The notes under the pieces are model-generated. The model was not told the DNA's origin. It worked only from the letters and a program-made list of their open reading frames with translations, and made no database searches. Of a DNA stretch of 64,000 bases, positions 54,123 to 61,615 are shown in pieces (the stretch's first letter is position 1; each line of letters begins with the position of its first letter). A program made the translations under genes and the position numbers. Location: positions 1,624-65,623 of the forward strand of contig JBCDKH010000002.1 of assembly GCA_038746835.1 (NCBI GenBank), given 5' to 3'. Source of the stretch: Planctomycetota bacterium (GTDB lineage: Bacteria > Planctomycetota > Phycisphaerae > Tepidisphaerales > Tepidisphaeraceae).

Positions 54123-55526
54123 TCACCCGATCACGAACAGCAGCAGAATGATGTTGACCAGGACGCTGGCTGAGCCGACGGCGACGGCGACGATGAATTC
54201 GGGGCGGTCCCAGAGGCCGCCGGACGGGGGGACGACGTCGATCGTGCTCTGCCTAGCCGACTGCTCCATGTCCGCCAGACTCCCGAAATCGACGGCCTGG
54301 CGGGCGTAGCGGGGCGGTTCGCCGCCGGCGACCAGACGCAGGTCTTCGACCATCTGGTCCGCATTCTGATACCGCTCCTCGCGGCGCTTGGCCATCGAGT
54401 ACTCGATTACCTCGCTGATGCCGGCACCCAAGGCGACGTTGAGATGGTCCGGCGGGACGAGCTCGTCGCGCAAGTGCTTGTGCATTACGGCCGTGGGCGA
54501 ATCGCCCTCGTACGGAGGCCGGCCGACGAGCAGGTGGTAGAGCGTCGCGCCCAGCCCGTAGAGGTCGGCCCGGTGGTCGACGTCGACCTCGCCACGGATC
54601 TGCTCGGGCGAGATGTAGTAGGGCGTCCCGAAGGCCTTGCCGGCTTCGCCCTCGGCGGCGGCTTTGTCGCTGACGTCACGCGCCAGACCCAGGTCGGTCA
54701 GCTTTGCCTTGCCGTCGGGCGTGAGGATGATGTTCTTGGGCTTGACGTCGCGATGGATGAGCCCGCGTTTGTGGGCGTGGGCGAGCGCGTCGGCCATCTG
54801 GATGCCGATGTCCAGGGCCTCGTTCTCGCTGAAATTGCGACCTTCGCCCACGGGTGGCGGCTGCATGATGTCGTAGAGGGTCTTGCCCTCGAGGTACTCC
54901 ATCACGAAATAGTGCCGGCCGTCGGGCGTCTCGCCGACGTCGATCGCCTGGACGATGTTGTTGTGCGACAGCCGGGCGGCGGCTTGGCCTTCCTTGTAGA
55001 AGCGGTCGACGAAGTCCGGATCGCGACTCGACCGCTCCGGCAACACCTTCAGGGCGACGATGCGGTCGAGCGACAACTGTCGGGCCCGATAAACCGTCGC
55101 CATGGCCCCTTTGCCGAGCTGGCCCATGAGCTGGTAGCCAGGCACCTGGCCGGCGCGTCGCTGGTCCGCCCGCTTGCGAATCCGCTGCGCCTGGCCCTGG
55201 GTCAGGAGTTGCCGGGCGACGAGAATGTCCGTCAGAGATCGCTGGCTCGGGTCGCTCTCGGCGTTGGCGTTTTTCAGCTCCGTCCGGGCTTCTTCCAGCT
55301 CGTCGGGCGTGATCAGGCCCAGCTCGACGACGGCCTTGCCGATTTCGGAGTCGGTCTTGTGGACGCCGAAGGTCTCGGAAGAGCGCAGTGAGGCGGTGTC
55401 GCTCCCGGGCGTCGACCGGCCGCCGTTGGTGCCGTTGGACGGCGGTGGGGCGGCTCCTGGAGGAGCAGGTGCTGCCGATGCCGCGGCAGGCTCTGGAGTC
55501 TCCGTGTCATTCGGCTCTGCGGACAT
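54123..55526 (-). CDS. Ser/Thr protein kinase (Hanks-type) with an N-terminal T2SSE_N-like helical repeat and a C-terminal TM anchor
   Basis: 467-aa ORF. Motifs GKGAMATVYRA..ALKVL, HRDVKPKNIIL, DLGLAR and GTPYYISPEQ. C-terminal TM FIVAVAVGSASVLVNIILLLFVIG. Confidence 0.92.
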   Translation of the reverse strand: MSAEPNDTETPEPAAASAAPAPPGAAPPPSNGTNGGRSTPGSDTASLRSSETFGVHKTDSEIGKAVVELGLITPDELEEARTELKNANAESDPSQRSLTDILVARQLLTQGQAQRIRKRADQRRAGQVPGYQLMGQLGKGAMATVYRARQLSLDRIVALKVLPERSSRDPDFVDRFYKEGQAAARLSHNNIVQAIDVGETPDGRHYFVMEYLEGKTLYDIMQPPPVGEGRNFSENEALDIGIQMADALAHAHKRGLIHRDVKPKNIILTPDGKAKLTDLGLARDVSDKAAAEGEAGKAFGTPYYISPEQIRGEVDVDHRADLYGLGATLYHLLVGRPPYEGDSPTAVMHKHLRDELVPPDHLNVALGAGISEVIEYSMAKRREERYQNADQMVEDLRLVAGGEPPRYARQAVDFGSLADMEQSARQSTIDVVPPSGGLWDRPEFIVAVAVGSASVLVNIILLLFVIG

Positions 55527-55836
55527 GGAGCGACGGGTTCAACCAAACGAAGAGCGACAGCGGCGTGCGGTGTAATCAGGACGTGCGGGCGATGTCAACA
55601 CTCGTCGCGCCCGGCCGACGGCAGACCTGCGTTACTGTCGCACGAAAGTAAACGATTTCCGGGTGATTTCGCAAAGCGGCGTGGGTCGGGAATCGAAAGG
55701 TAACGTCCGAGAATGTCAATTCGTTCAAGTTGCGACGGTCGTAGCGAGCAAACGGCCGCATCGGACGACTTGATTCGCACGGTCGGGCTATCAACACTCA
55801 CGCCGGCGGCGAGCCAACCGGGCCGCCGCAAACGAC

Positions 55837-55911
55837 GGTGGTTGTAGCTCAGTTGGTTAGAGCGCCGCGTTGTGGTCGCGGAGGTCGCGGGTTCGAGTCC
55901 CGTCATCCACC
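55837..55911 (+). tRNA. tRNA-His (anticodon GTG) with encoded G-1
   Basis: G(-1)-GTGGTTG-TA-GCTC-AGTTGGTTA-GAGC-G-CCGCG-TTGTGGT-CGCGG-AGGTC-GCGGG-TTCGAGT-CCCGT-CATCCAC-C. G-1 can pair with C73. There is one T-T mismatch in the acceptor stem. No CCA is encoded. Confidence 0.88.
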
Positions 55912-55920
55912 CCTGAGACG

Positions 55921-56003
55921 GAAAGCTTGAAGGGGGAAGCTTGAAGCTTGAAGGGGGCGTCGAGTCCAACCTTCAGGCTTCAAGCTTCCTCCTTTAAGCT
56001 TTC
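55921..56003 (+). repeat. 34-bp-stem hairpin (family E) between tRNA-His and hisF
   Basis: GAAAGCTTGAAGGGGGAAGCTTGAAGCTTGAAGG (55921-55954), a 15-nt loop, then CCTTCAGGCTTCAAGCTTCCTCCTTTAAGCTTTC (55970-56003). 31 of 34 positions are Watson-Crick complementary, and the 3 mismatches all allow G-U pairs. Confidence 0.9.
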
Positions 56004-56008
56004 TGGTC

Positions 56009-56776
56009 GTGCTGCTCAAACGCATCATCCCTTGCCTCGACTGTGATGCCGGTCGGGTGGTCAAAGGCGTGAATTTCAAGGGGATTCGTGACGTCGGGGA
56101 TCCGGTCGCGATAGCGCAGAAGTACGAGGCCGACGGGGCTGACGAACTCGTTTTCTACGACATCACCGCCAGCCACGAGGGTCGCGGCATCATGGCCGAG
56201 GTCGTGCGGGACGTGTGCGACACCGTTTTCATGCCCGTGACGGTCGGCGGCGGGATTCGGACGGTGGACGATGCGACGCGGCTGATCCAGGCAGGGGCGG
56301 AGAAGGTGAGCCTCAATTCCGCTGCCGTCGCCAGGCCGGAGTTGATCCGCGAGGTGAGCGACCGCTTCGGCACGTGCGCCACCGTTCTCGGCCTCGACGC
56401 CAACCGCGTCCAAACGCCTACCGGCGAAGAATGGCACGTCTTCGTCGCCGGCGGCCGAAAGGACACCGGTAAGGACGTCGTCACCTGGGCTCGCGAGGCT
56501 CAAGAGCTCGGTGCGGGCGAGATCGTCCTCAACTGCATGACCGCCGACGGCACCAAGGCGGGCTACGACCTGGAAATGACCAAAGGCGTCTGCGAAGCGG
56601 TGACAGTCCCCGTCGTCGCCAGCGGCGGGGCAGGGGGCCCGGAGGACATGGTCCGCGTGCTCCTAGAGGCCCATGCCGACGCGGCCCTGGCGGCGAGCAT
56701 TTTCCACTTTGGCACCCACCCGATCCCGTCCGTCAAACGCCACCTCGCCGACGCGGGCGTTGCGGTGCGGCTTTGA
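56009..56776 (+). CDS. hisF: Imidazole glycerol phosphate synthase, cyclase subunit HisF
   Basis: 255-aa ORF with GTG start. Motifs LLKRIIPCLDCDAGRVVKGVNF.., ..DELVFYDITAS.., ..TVGGGIR.. and ..ASGGAG... Confidence 0.96.
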   Translation: MLLKRIIPCLDCDAGRVVKGVNFKGIRDVGDPVAIAQKYEADGADELVFYDITASHEGRGIMAEVVRDVCDTVFMPVTVGGGIRTVDDATRLIQAGAEKVSLNSAAVARPELIREVSDRFGTCATVLGLDANRVQTPTGEEWHVFVAGGRKDTGKDVVTWAREAQELGAGEIVLNCMTADGTKAGYDLEMTKGVCEAVTVPVVASGGAGGPEDMVRVLLEAHADAALAASIFHFGTHPIPSVKRHLADAGVAVRL

Positions 56777-57731
56777 ACATCGAGACCGACGTTCCAGCAC
56801 CCCGCTTGAAAACGGTATGGGCGTCCAGCGAAAACAGTATGTAGCCGGGGAGAGTGATGATCCAGAGCAACCCGTACGCGCCGAGCATGAACAGGGCGCC
56901 GTAGAGAAGTAGAAGGGTGAAAGACTCAAAGCACCCGCCAATAGCACCGATACCTGCTCCAGCGATGCATCCCGTCAGTCCGCCATCGACGGCGACTTTG
57001 GCGTAGGCGAGCGTCAAGAACCCGCCACGGGGCTGATGTCGTCCCCCGAAGTGGAAGGCACCGGCCTTCGTCGCCTGCGAGACGACCGACAGATTCCGGT
57101 GAAACGTCGCAAGACGGCCAGCCGAGACGGTCAGCAGCAAAAAACCCGCCCAGATCAAGAAGATGATCGGCATGCCGATCCGCCCGAATCGATCGGTGAA
57201 AAAGAGCGTGCTCACTGACAAAAGCACCAATCCCACTGCAGCCAGCACCTCGTTCCAGGCTACCCTTAGCGGTTGCAAACGCCATCGCGCTACGCATGCA
57301 CCGATCAGGCGACCCGCCCATCCGTGCGATGCGAGTGCGATCAAGAACGCCGCCGTCAAGAGCAGTGGGCTGCCGAAGAGGTCGGAGCCAAGCAGATAGC
57401 CATTTCCTGCGACCACCATCAGCGACCCGCCGACGCAAACCAACGACGCCGCATGTCCGACGAGGATCAGCCGGCTCGCCAGGCGGATCTCAAGGTGATC
57501 CCGCCGCTCGAGCGGGACGATCTCGGTCGAAGGCACGCTGCTGCGCACCGTGTCGCCACATTCGGGACATCTTCCTGAAATCGGTAGGCCCCGGAGATCA
57601 TATTCGCAGTTCCTGCACTGCGCCCCGACCGGGGCCGTGTCTGTCCCTCGGACATCATCGTGAGGGGCACCCTTTCCATCGTGAGGAAAGTCCATGACGG
57701 CGCCAGAAGATACCACGGCTTGGCCGTTCAA
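56733..57731 (-). CDS. Membrane protein with an N-terminal zinc-ribbon (CxxC..CxxC)
   Basis: 332-aa ORF. CRNCEYDLRGLPISGRCPECG is followed by ~7 hydrophobic segments. The start is uncertain (57731 or ATG 57695). Its 3' end overlaps the hisF 3' end by 44 nt. Confidence 0.6.
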   Translation of the reverse strand: MNGQAVVSSGAVMDFPHDGKGAPHDDVRGTDTAPVGAQCRNCEYDLRGLPISGRCPECGDTVRSSVPSTEIVPLERRDHLEIRLASRLILVGHAASLVCVGGSLMVVAGNGYLLGSDLFGSPLLLTAAFLIALASHGWAGRLIGACVARWRLQPLRVAWNEVLAAVGLVLLSVSTLFFTDRFGRIGMPIIFLIWAGFLLLTVSAGRLATFHRNLSVVSQATKAGAFHFGGRHQPRGGFLTLAYAKVAVDGGLTGCIAGAGIGAIGGCFESFTLLLLYGALFMLGAYGLLWIITLPGYILFSLDAHTVFKRGAGTSVSMFKAAPQRPRRRGGV

Positions 57732-57829
57732 ATGCGGGACGCGATCTGTCGAGGGCCTGGCAAAGCATCACCAGATCGTCTGGTTTCCCCCGTAGGAGCC
57801 TGGCGCGTCGGCCCATACTGTGCAGGCCC

Positions 57830-58315
57830 ATGCCCAAGACCTACAAAAGCGCTCCCGACATGCAGCTCGACCCGGCCAAGAGTTACACGGCCAAGGTCGA
57901 GACCAGTCGGGGGACCATCAAGATCGACCTGCTCGACAAGGACGCGCCCGTCACCGTCAACAACTTCGTTTTTCTGGCGAAGGACGGCTTTTACGACGGG
58001 CTCAAGTTCCACCGTGTCATCAGCGACTTCATGATCCAGGGCGGCTGCCCGATGGGCAAAGGCTTCGGCGATGCCGGGTACAAGTGGGCCGACGAGCAGG
58101 CGGCCTTGGCGATCAAGCACTCCACGCCCGGCACGCTCTCCATGGCCAACGCTGGCCCGGACACCAACGGCAGCCAGTTCTTCATCACCCACACGCCCAC
58201 GCCGCACCTCGACGGCAAGCACGCGGTCTTCGGCCGGGTCGTTGAAGGGCAGGACGTGGTCGATGCCGTCCAGCAGGACGACGAGATCAAGAGCGTCACG
58301 ATCCTCGAAGACTGA
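57830..58315 (+). CDS. ppiB: Peptidyl-prolyl cis-trans isomerase, cyclophilin type (cytoplasmic form)
   Basis: 161-aa ORF. Motifs ..APVTVNNFVFLAKDGFYDGLKFHRVISDFMIQGG.. and ..SMANAGPDTNGSQFFITH... Confidence 0.93.
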   Translation: MPKTYKSAPDMQLDPAKSYTAKVETSRGTIKIDLLDKDAPVTVNNFVFLAKDGFYDGLKFHRVISDFMIQGGCPMGKGFGDAGYKWADEQAALAIKHSTPGTLSMANAGPDTNGSQFFITHTPTPHLDGKHAVFGRVVEGQDVVDAVQQDDEIKSVTILED

Positions 58316-58334
58316 ACCTCGTAGACAATCGACC

Positions 58335-58925
58335 ATGAACCACCGCCTCACACTTGCCGTTATCGCCTCGGCCGCCGCTTGTTCGGTCGCGTCGGCCCAG
58401 AAGTCATACGACGCTCCACCGCCGATGATGATCGACACGGAGCAGGACTACACCGTCGTCCTCAAGACCAACTACGGCGAGATCAAGCTCGATCTCTTCG
58501 AAAAGGACGCCCCTGTTACCGTCAACAACTTCGTTTTCCTTGCCCAGGAGAACTTTTACGACGGCACGATCTTCCACCGTGTCATCGACCAGTTCATGAT
58601 CCAGGGCGGCGACCCCCAAGGCACTGGCCGCGGCGGGCCGGGGTACCGATTCGCCGACGAGACCCGCGGCAATCCGAATCGCCATGAGCCCTTCACGCTC
58701 TCCATGGCCAACGCCGGGCCGAACACGAACGGCAGCCAGTTTTTCATTACCGAAGTCGCCACGCCGCACCTGGACGGCCGGCACACCGTGTTCGGCACCG
58801 TGACCGAGGGCAAGGACGTCGTCCGCGAGATCAGCGACGTCCGCACCGGGGCCAACAACCGCCCGGTCCGCGAAGTGGTGCTGGAAGACGTCGTCGTCCT
58901 GGTCAACGGCGAGCCGGCGAGCTGA
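58335..58925 (+). CDS. Peptidyl-prolyl cis-trans isomerase, cyclophilin type, with a signal peptide (periplasmic form)
   Basis: Second half of ORF 58071..58925; ATG 58335 gives MNHRLTLAVIASAAACSVASAQ. Motifs ..APVTVNNFVFLAQENFYDGTIFHRVIDQFMIQGG.. and ..SMANAGPNTNGSQFFIT... Confidence 0.9.
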   Translation: MNHRLTLAVIASAAACSVASAQKSYDAPPPMMIDTEQDYTVVLKTNYGEIKLDLFEKDAPVTVNNFVFLAQENFYDGTIFHRVIDQFMIQGGDPQGTGRGGPGYRFADETRGNPNRHEPFTLSMANAGPNTNGSQFFITEVATPHLDGRHTVFGTVTEGKDVVREISDVRTGANNRPVREVVLEDVVVLVNGEPAS

Positions 58926-58951
58926 GCCAGTAAACCCATTCGCACAAACAG

Positions 58952-58990
58952 CGAGGGACGTCACCGCGATGACGTCCCTCGATTCGTTTC
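58952..58990. terminator. Bidirectional intrinsic terminator between the convergent cyclophilin and TlpA-like genes
   Basis: Perfect 12-bp stem CGAGGGACGTCA / TGACGTCCCTCG with a 6-nt loop. ATTCGTTTCG follows on the plus strand. A T-rich run (CTGTTTGTG) follows on the minus strand. Confidence 0.7.
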
Positions 58991-59007
58991 GTGGTTGAAG
59001 GTTGAGC

Positions 59008-59859
59008 CTACTGGGCCGACGCCTGCTTGCTGTCGCGTTGGGCAATGAGCTCGGGGATCAGGGTTTCGAGCTGGCCGCGGGCTTCGGTGCTGTGGAGCAG
59101 ACCGTCGGCGTCGACAATGAAGTACGTCGGGATCGCGTTGACGCCCCAGGCCTCAGAGAACTGGGCTTCGCCGTCCTCACGCTCGTAGTACTGCGGCCAG
59201 GGAATGTCGTTTTGCTCGACGTAGGCCATGAGCTTTTCCTTGCCGCCTTGATCCGGCGGGGCATCGAGGCTGATGCCGATGAACTCGACGCCCTGGTCCT
59301 TGTACTGGGCGTAGAGCTCCTTCATCTTGGGCATTTCCGCGACGCACGGGCCGCACCAGGTGGCCCAGAAGTCGATGACGACGACCTTGCCCTTGAGATC
59401 ATCCTGCAGGCTCAGCGGCGTCTCACCACGAAGCGGCGTGAACGTCAGATCGAATGGCTGCCCAACCTTTTCGAGCTGCGCGAGGCTGCCCTTGGCCATG
59501 TCGGCAAAGGGTGTGTCGCCGTGCATGTCGACGAGCGTCTTGTAGTGGGCGAGCTTGGTCTCCTGATCGCCTGCTTCCTGGGCCAGGATGTAGAGCAGCT
59601 GGGCCGAGCGCTCGTCGGCGGGGAACGCCTGGACGAACTTCGCGGCGATGTCCAGGGCCTCTTCGCGGCTGGTGGCCGTTTGGAGCTGGACGACCATCTC
59701 GTCGGCCGAGAGGGCGGGGCGGGTCGAGGGCTTCTCGGCCTCGGCGGAGATGGCCGTCGAGGTCGTGCTGCAGGCCGTGCAGCTCGAGCAGTTGTCGGCA
59801 AACGCAGCTGTCGCCGGTGCCACGGCTGCTGCGAGGATCAAATGGGGGGCAAGCTTCAT
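59008..59859 (-). CDS. TlpA/ResA-like periplasmic thiol:disulfide oxidoreductase (thioredoxin fold)
   Basis: Within ORF 59008..59895; ATG 59859 has GGAG 8 nt upstream. Signal peptide MKLAPHLILAAAVAPATAAFA. Motif ..VVVIDFWATWCGPCVAEMP... Confidence 0.88.
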   Translation of the reverse strand: MKLAPHLILAAAVAPATAAFADNCSSCTACSTTSTAISAEAEKPSTRPALSADEMVVQLQTATSREEALDIAAKFVQAFPADERSAQLLYILAQEAGDQETKLAHYKTLVDMHGDTPFADMAKGSLAQLEKVGQPFDLTFTPLRGETPLSLQDDLKGKVVVIDFWATWCGPCVAEMPKMKELYAQYKDQGVEFIGISLDAPPDQGGKEKLMAYVEQNDIPWPQYYEREDGEAQFSEAWGVNAIPTYFIVDADGLLHSTEARGQLETLIPELIAQRDSKQASAQ

Positions 59860-60009
59860 GGTGCAGGTCTCCTGTAGGTCGTGGTCGGTCAACACTACGA
59901 CCCGAAGAGCTTACCAAAGTTGCGTGCACTGTTTGGATTGTGTCTTAACAGGGCTCGAAGTGTGAGGGACCGATCGATCGAACCGGTTGAAGGGAGCATC
60001 GATCCGAAG

Positions 60010-60046
60010 GAAGCCGTGGACGACGCTTCGCTCTGTCCACGGCTTC
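60010..60046. repeat. Short hairpin related to family B arms
   Basis: GAAGCCGTGGAC (60010-60021) and GTCCACGGCTTC (60035-60046) form a perfect 12-bp stem. It shares the GAAGCCGTGG core with the element at 42935. Confidence 0.8.
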
Positions 60047-60084
60047 GATGGGTTGGTTCCTCGTGACGGGGTCGGGTCGAACGG

Positions 60085-60126
60085 GTCCAAAACAAAGCCC
60101 GGATCGCGTGGCGCGCGATCCGGGCT
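60085..60126 (-). terminator. Intrinsic terminator downstream of lpxA
   Basis: Perfect 13-bp stem AGCCCGGATCGCG / CGCGATCCGGGCT (60096-60126). On the minus strand it is followed by TTTGTTTTGG. It lies 28 nt after the lpxA stop. Confidence 0.75.
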
Positions 60127-60153
60127 GGATTGATGTCGTTTTTCTGCAACGGG

Positions 60154-61209
60154 TTAGCCGCGACGCAGGCCTTCGAGATAGCGGCCGTGCCTGCCGCGGG
60201 TGCGGCGGTCGATGCAGTCGAGGACCTCTTCGACCCTCGGGTTGAGCCCGGGCGTCTGGCGAAGGGTTTGGATCTTCGTGCTCATGGGCGTCTTGCGACG
60301 CAGGAAGAGCGTCTTGGCGGCGACCTCCAGGGCCGCGATGTCCTCGTCGCTGACCTTCCCGCCGCGACGGATGCCGATGACGTTGATCGCCCGAATCTCG
60401 TCATTTCCGGCGACTTTGACGTACGGCGGGACGTCGGCGTGGATTTGCGAGTAGGCCGCGATGAACGCGTAGTCGCCGATCGATACGAAGTGGTGGACGG
60501 CCGAGCCGCCCATCATGCTGATGCGGTCGCCAAGGACAACGTGCCCGGCGAGCATGACGTTGTTCCCGATGACGCAGCCGCTGCCGACAATGGCATCGTG
60601 GCCGACGTGGGCTCCGACCATCAGCAGGTTGTTGTCGCCGATGCGGGTCGTGCCGCTGCCGGTGGCGGTGCCAAGGTGGATGGTGACGTGCTCGCGGATG
60701 TCGTTGCCGTCACCAATGACGAGGAAGGTGTCCTCGCCAGCGAATTTCTTGTCCTGCGGATCGCCGCCGACGACGCAGAAGGGATGGAACGTGTTGTCGC
60801 TGCCGACAGTGGTGTGGCCGAGCACCGTCGCGTGCGGCAGGAGCCGGCAGCCCGGGCCAAGCACGGCGTGGGGGCCGACCACGCAGAACGCACCGACTTC
60901 GACGTCCGGGGCTAGCTCCGCACGCGGGTCGACCTGGGCGGTCGGGTGGATGCGGGGCGAGGCGTCGTCTTCGTCGCCCCAGGCCCGGCCGTCCCACGTA
61001 GCGGTGTCGCGGCGGACGCTCCGGCCACGCAGTTTCTTGCGAATTCGGGCGGCGACGTGCGATCCAACGGGGCTGGGCCGATTGCGGACCAGGGCCGGGT
61101 CGGCACCGCTGGTGCGGCCTTGGGCCTCGACGTCCTGCAAGGCCGGGTCGGCCTCGCGATCGGTGTCGGAGAAGAAGTATCCGGTTAGACTGTCGAGGAG
61201 CTTGGACAT
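60154..61209 (-). CDS. lpxA: Acyl-ACP--UDP-N-acetylglucosamine O-acyltransferase LpxA, with an ~85-aa N-terminal extension if ATG 61209 is used
   Basis: Within ORF 60154..61515. The LpxA core starts at ..RIHPTAQVDPRAELAPDVEVGAFCVVGPHAVLG.. with hexapeptide repeats and the ..VGGDPQDKKF.. motif. No ATG/GTG lies closer to the core than 61209. Confidence 0.88.
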   Translation of the reverse strand: MSKLLDSLTGYFFSDTDREADPALQDVEAQGRTSGADPALVRNRPSPVGSHVAARIRKKLRGRSVRRDTATWDGRAWGDEDDASPRIHPTAQVDPRAELAPDVEVGAFCVVGPHAVLGPGCRLLPHATVLGHTTVGSDNTFHPFCVVGGDPQDKKFAGEDTFLVIGDGNDIREHVTIHLGTATGSGTTRIGDNNLLMVGAHVGHDAIVGSGCVIGNNVMLAGHVVLGDRISMMGGSAVHHFVSIGDYAFIAAYSQIHADVPPYVKVAGNDEIRAINVIGIRRGGKVSDEDIAALEVAAKTLFLRRKTPMSTKIQTLRQTPGLNPRVEEVLDCIDRRTRGRHGRYLEGLRRG

Positions 61210-61615
61210 GGCATTGGTGGCTGAAAAGCCACCCAAAAGCGGCCATCGCCGCGGGGCACCGGCATCGGGCGTGGTGCCTGCAGGAGCAGGTCCACTGGAG
61301 CCGGTCCGCGGGACGTTACCCGCGTCGGTCGCCGATGTCATGCTCGATAAAACTCGATAAGACAAGGCAGACGCAGGAAGAGTCGTTCGACGTCGCAAAC
61401 CCCGTGGTTCGCGATCGGGGGCCAGGTCCGATAACAGACGCCGGCCTACCTCTCCATCGGCAGGGTTTGACGCGTTCATCCAGCGAAAAGCGGGAAAAAT
61501 CCATCGCAGTTCCACGGCGAATCCGGGCCTGAAACCGGGCCGTCAAAAGCGACTTCCCCCGAAGTGGGTAGCCGGCGGATTGGACCCTCCGGCAACCCCT
61601 CCAACCGGACCGGCG

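Noticed and set aside
57683-57693. GAGGAAAGTCC, which matches the start of the conserved RNase P RNA motif.
   Set aside because: None of the other universally conserved RNase P elements are nearby. The site lies inside the 5' part of a plausible protein-coding ORF (56733..57731), so I treat it as a chance match.
61341-61515. The longer LpxA start codons (61515 or 61341) offered by the ORF track.
   Set aside because: The region shows weaker coding-like third-position GC by eye and lower-GC stretches. It would add 130-185 non-homologous residues to LpxA, so the shorter start was kept. The ambiguity is flagged as a finding.
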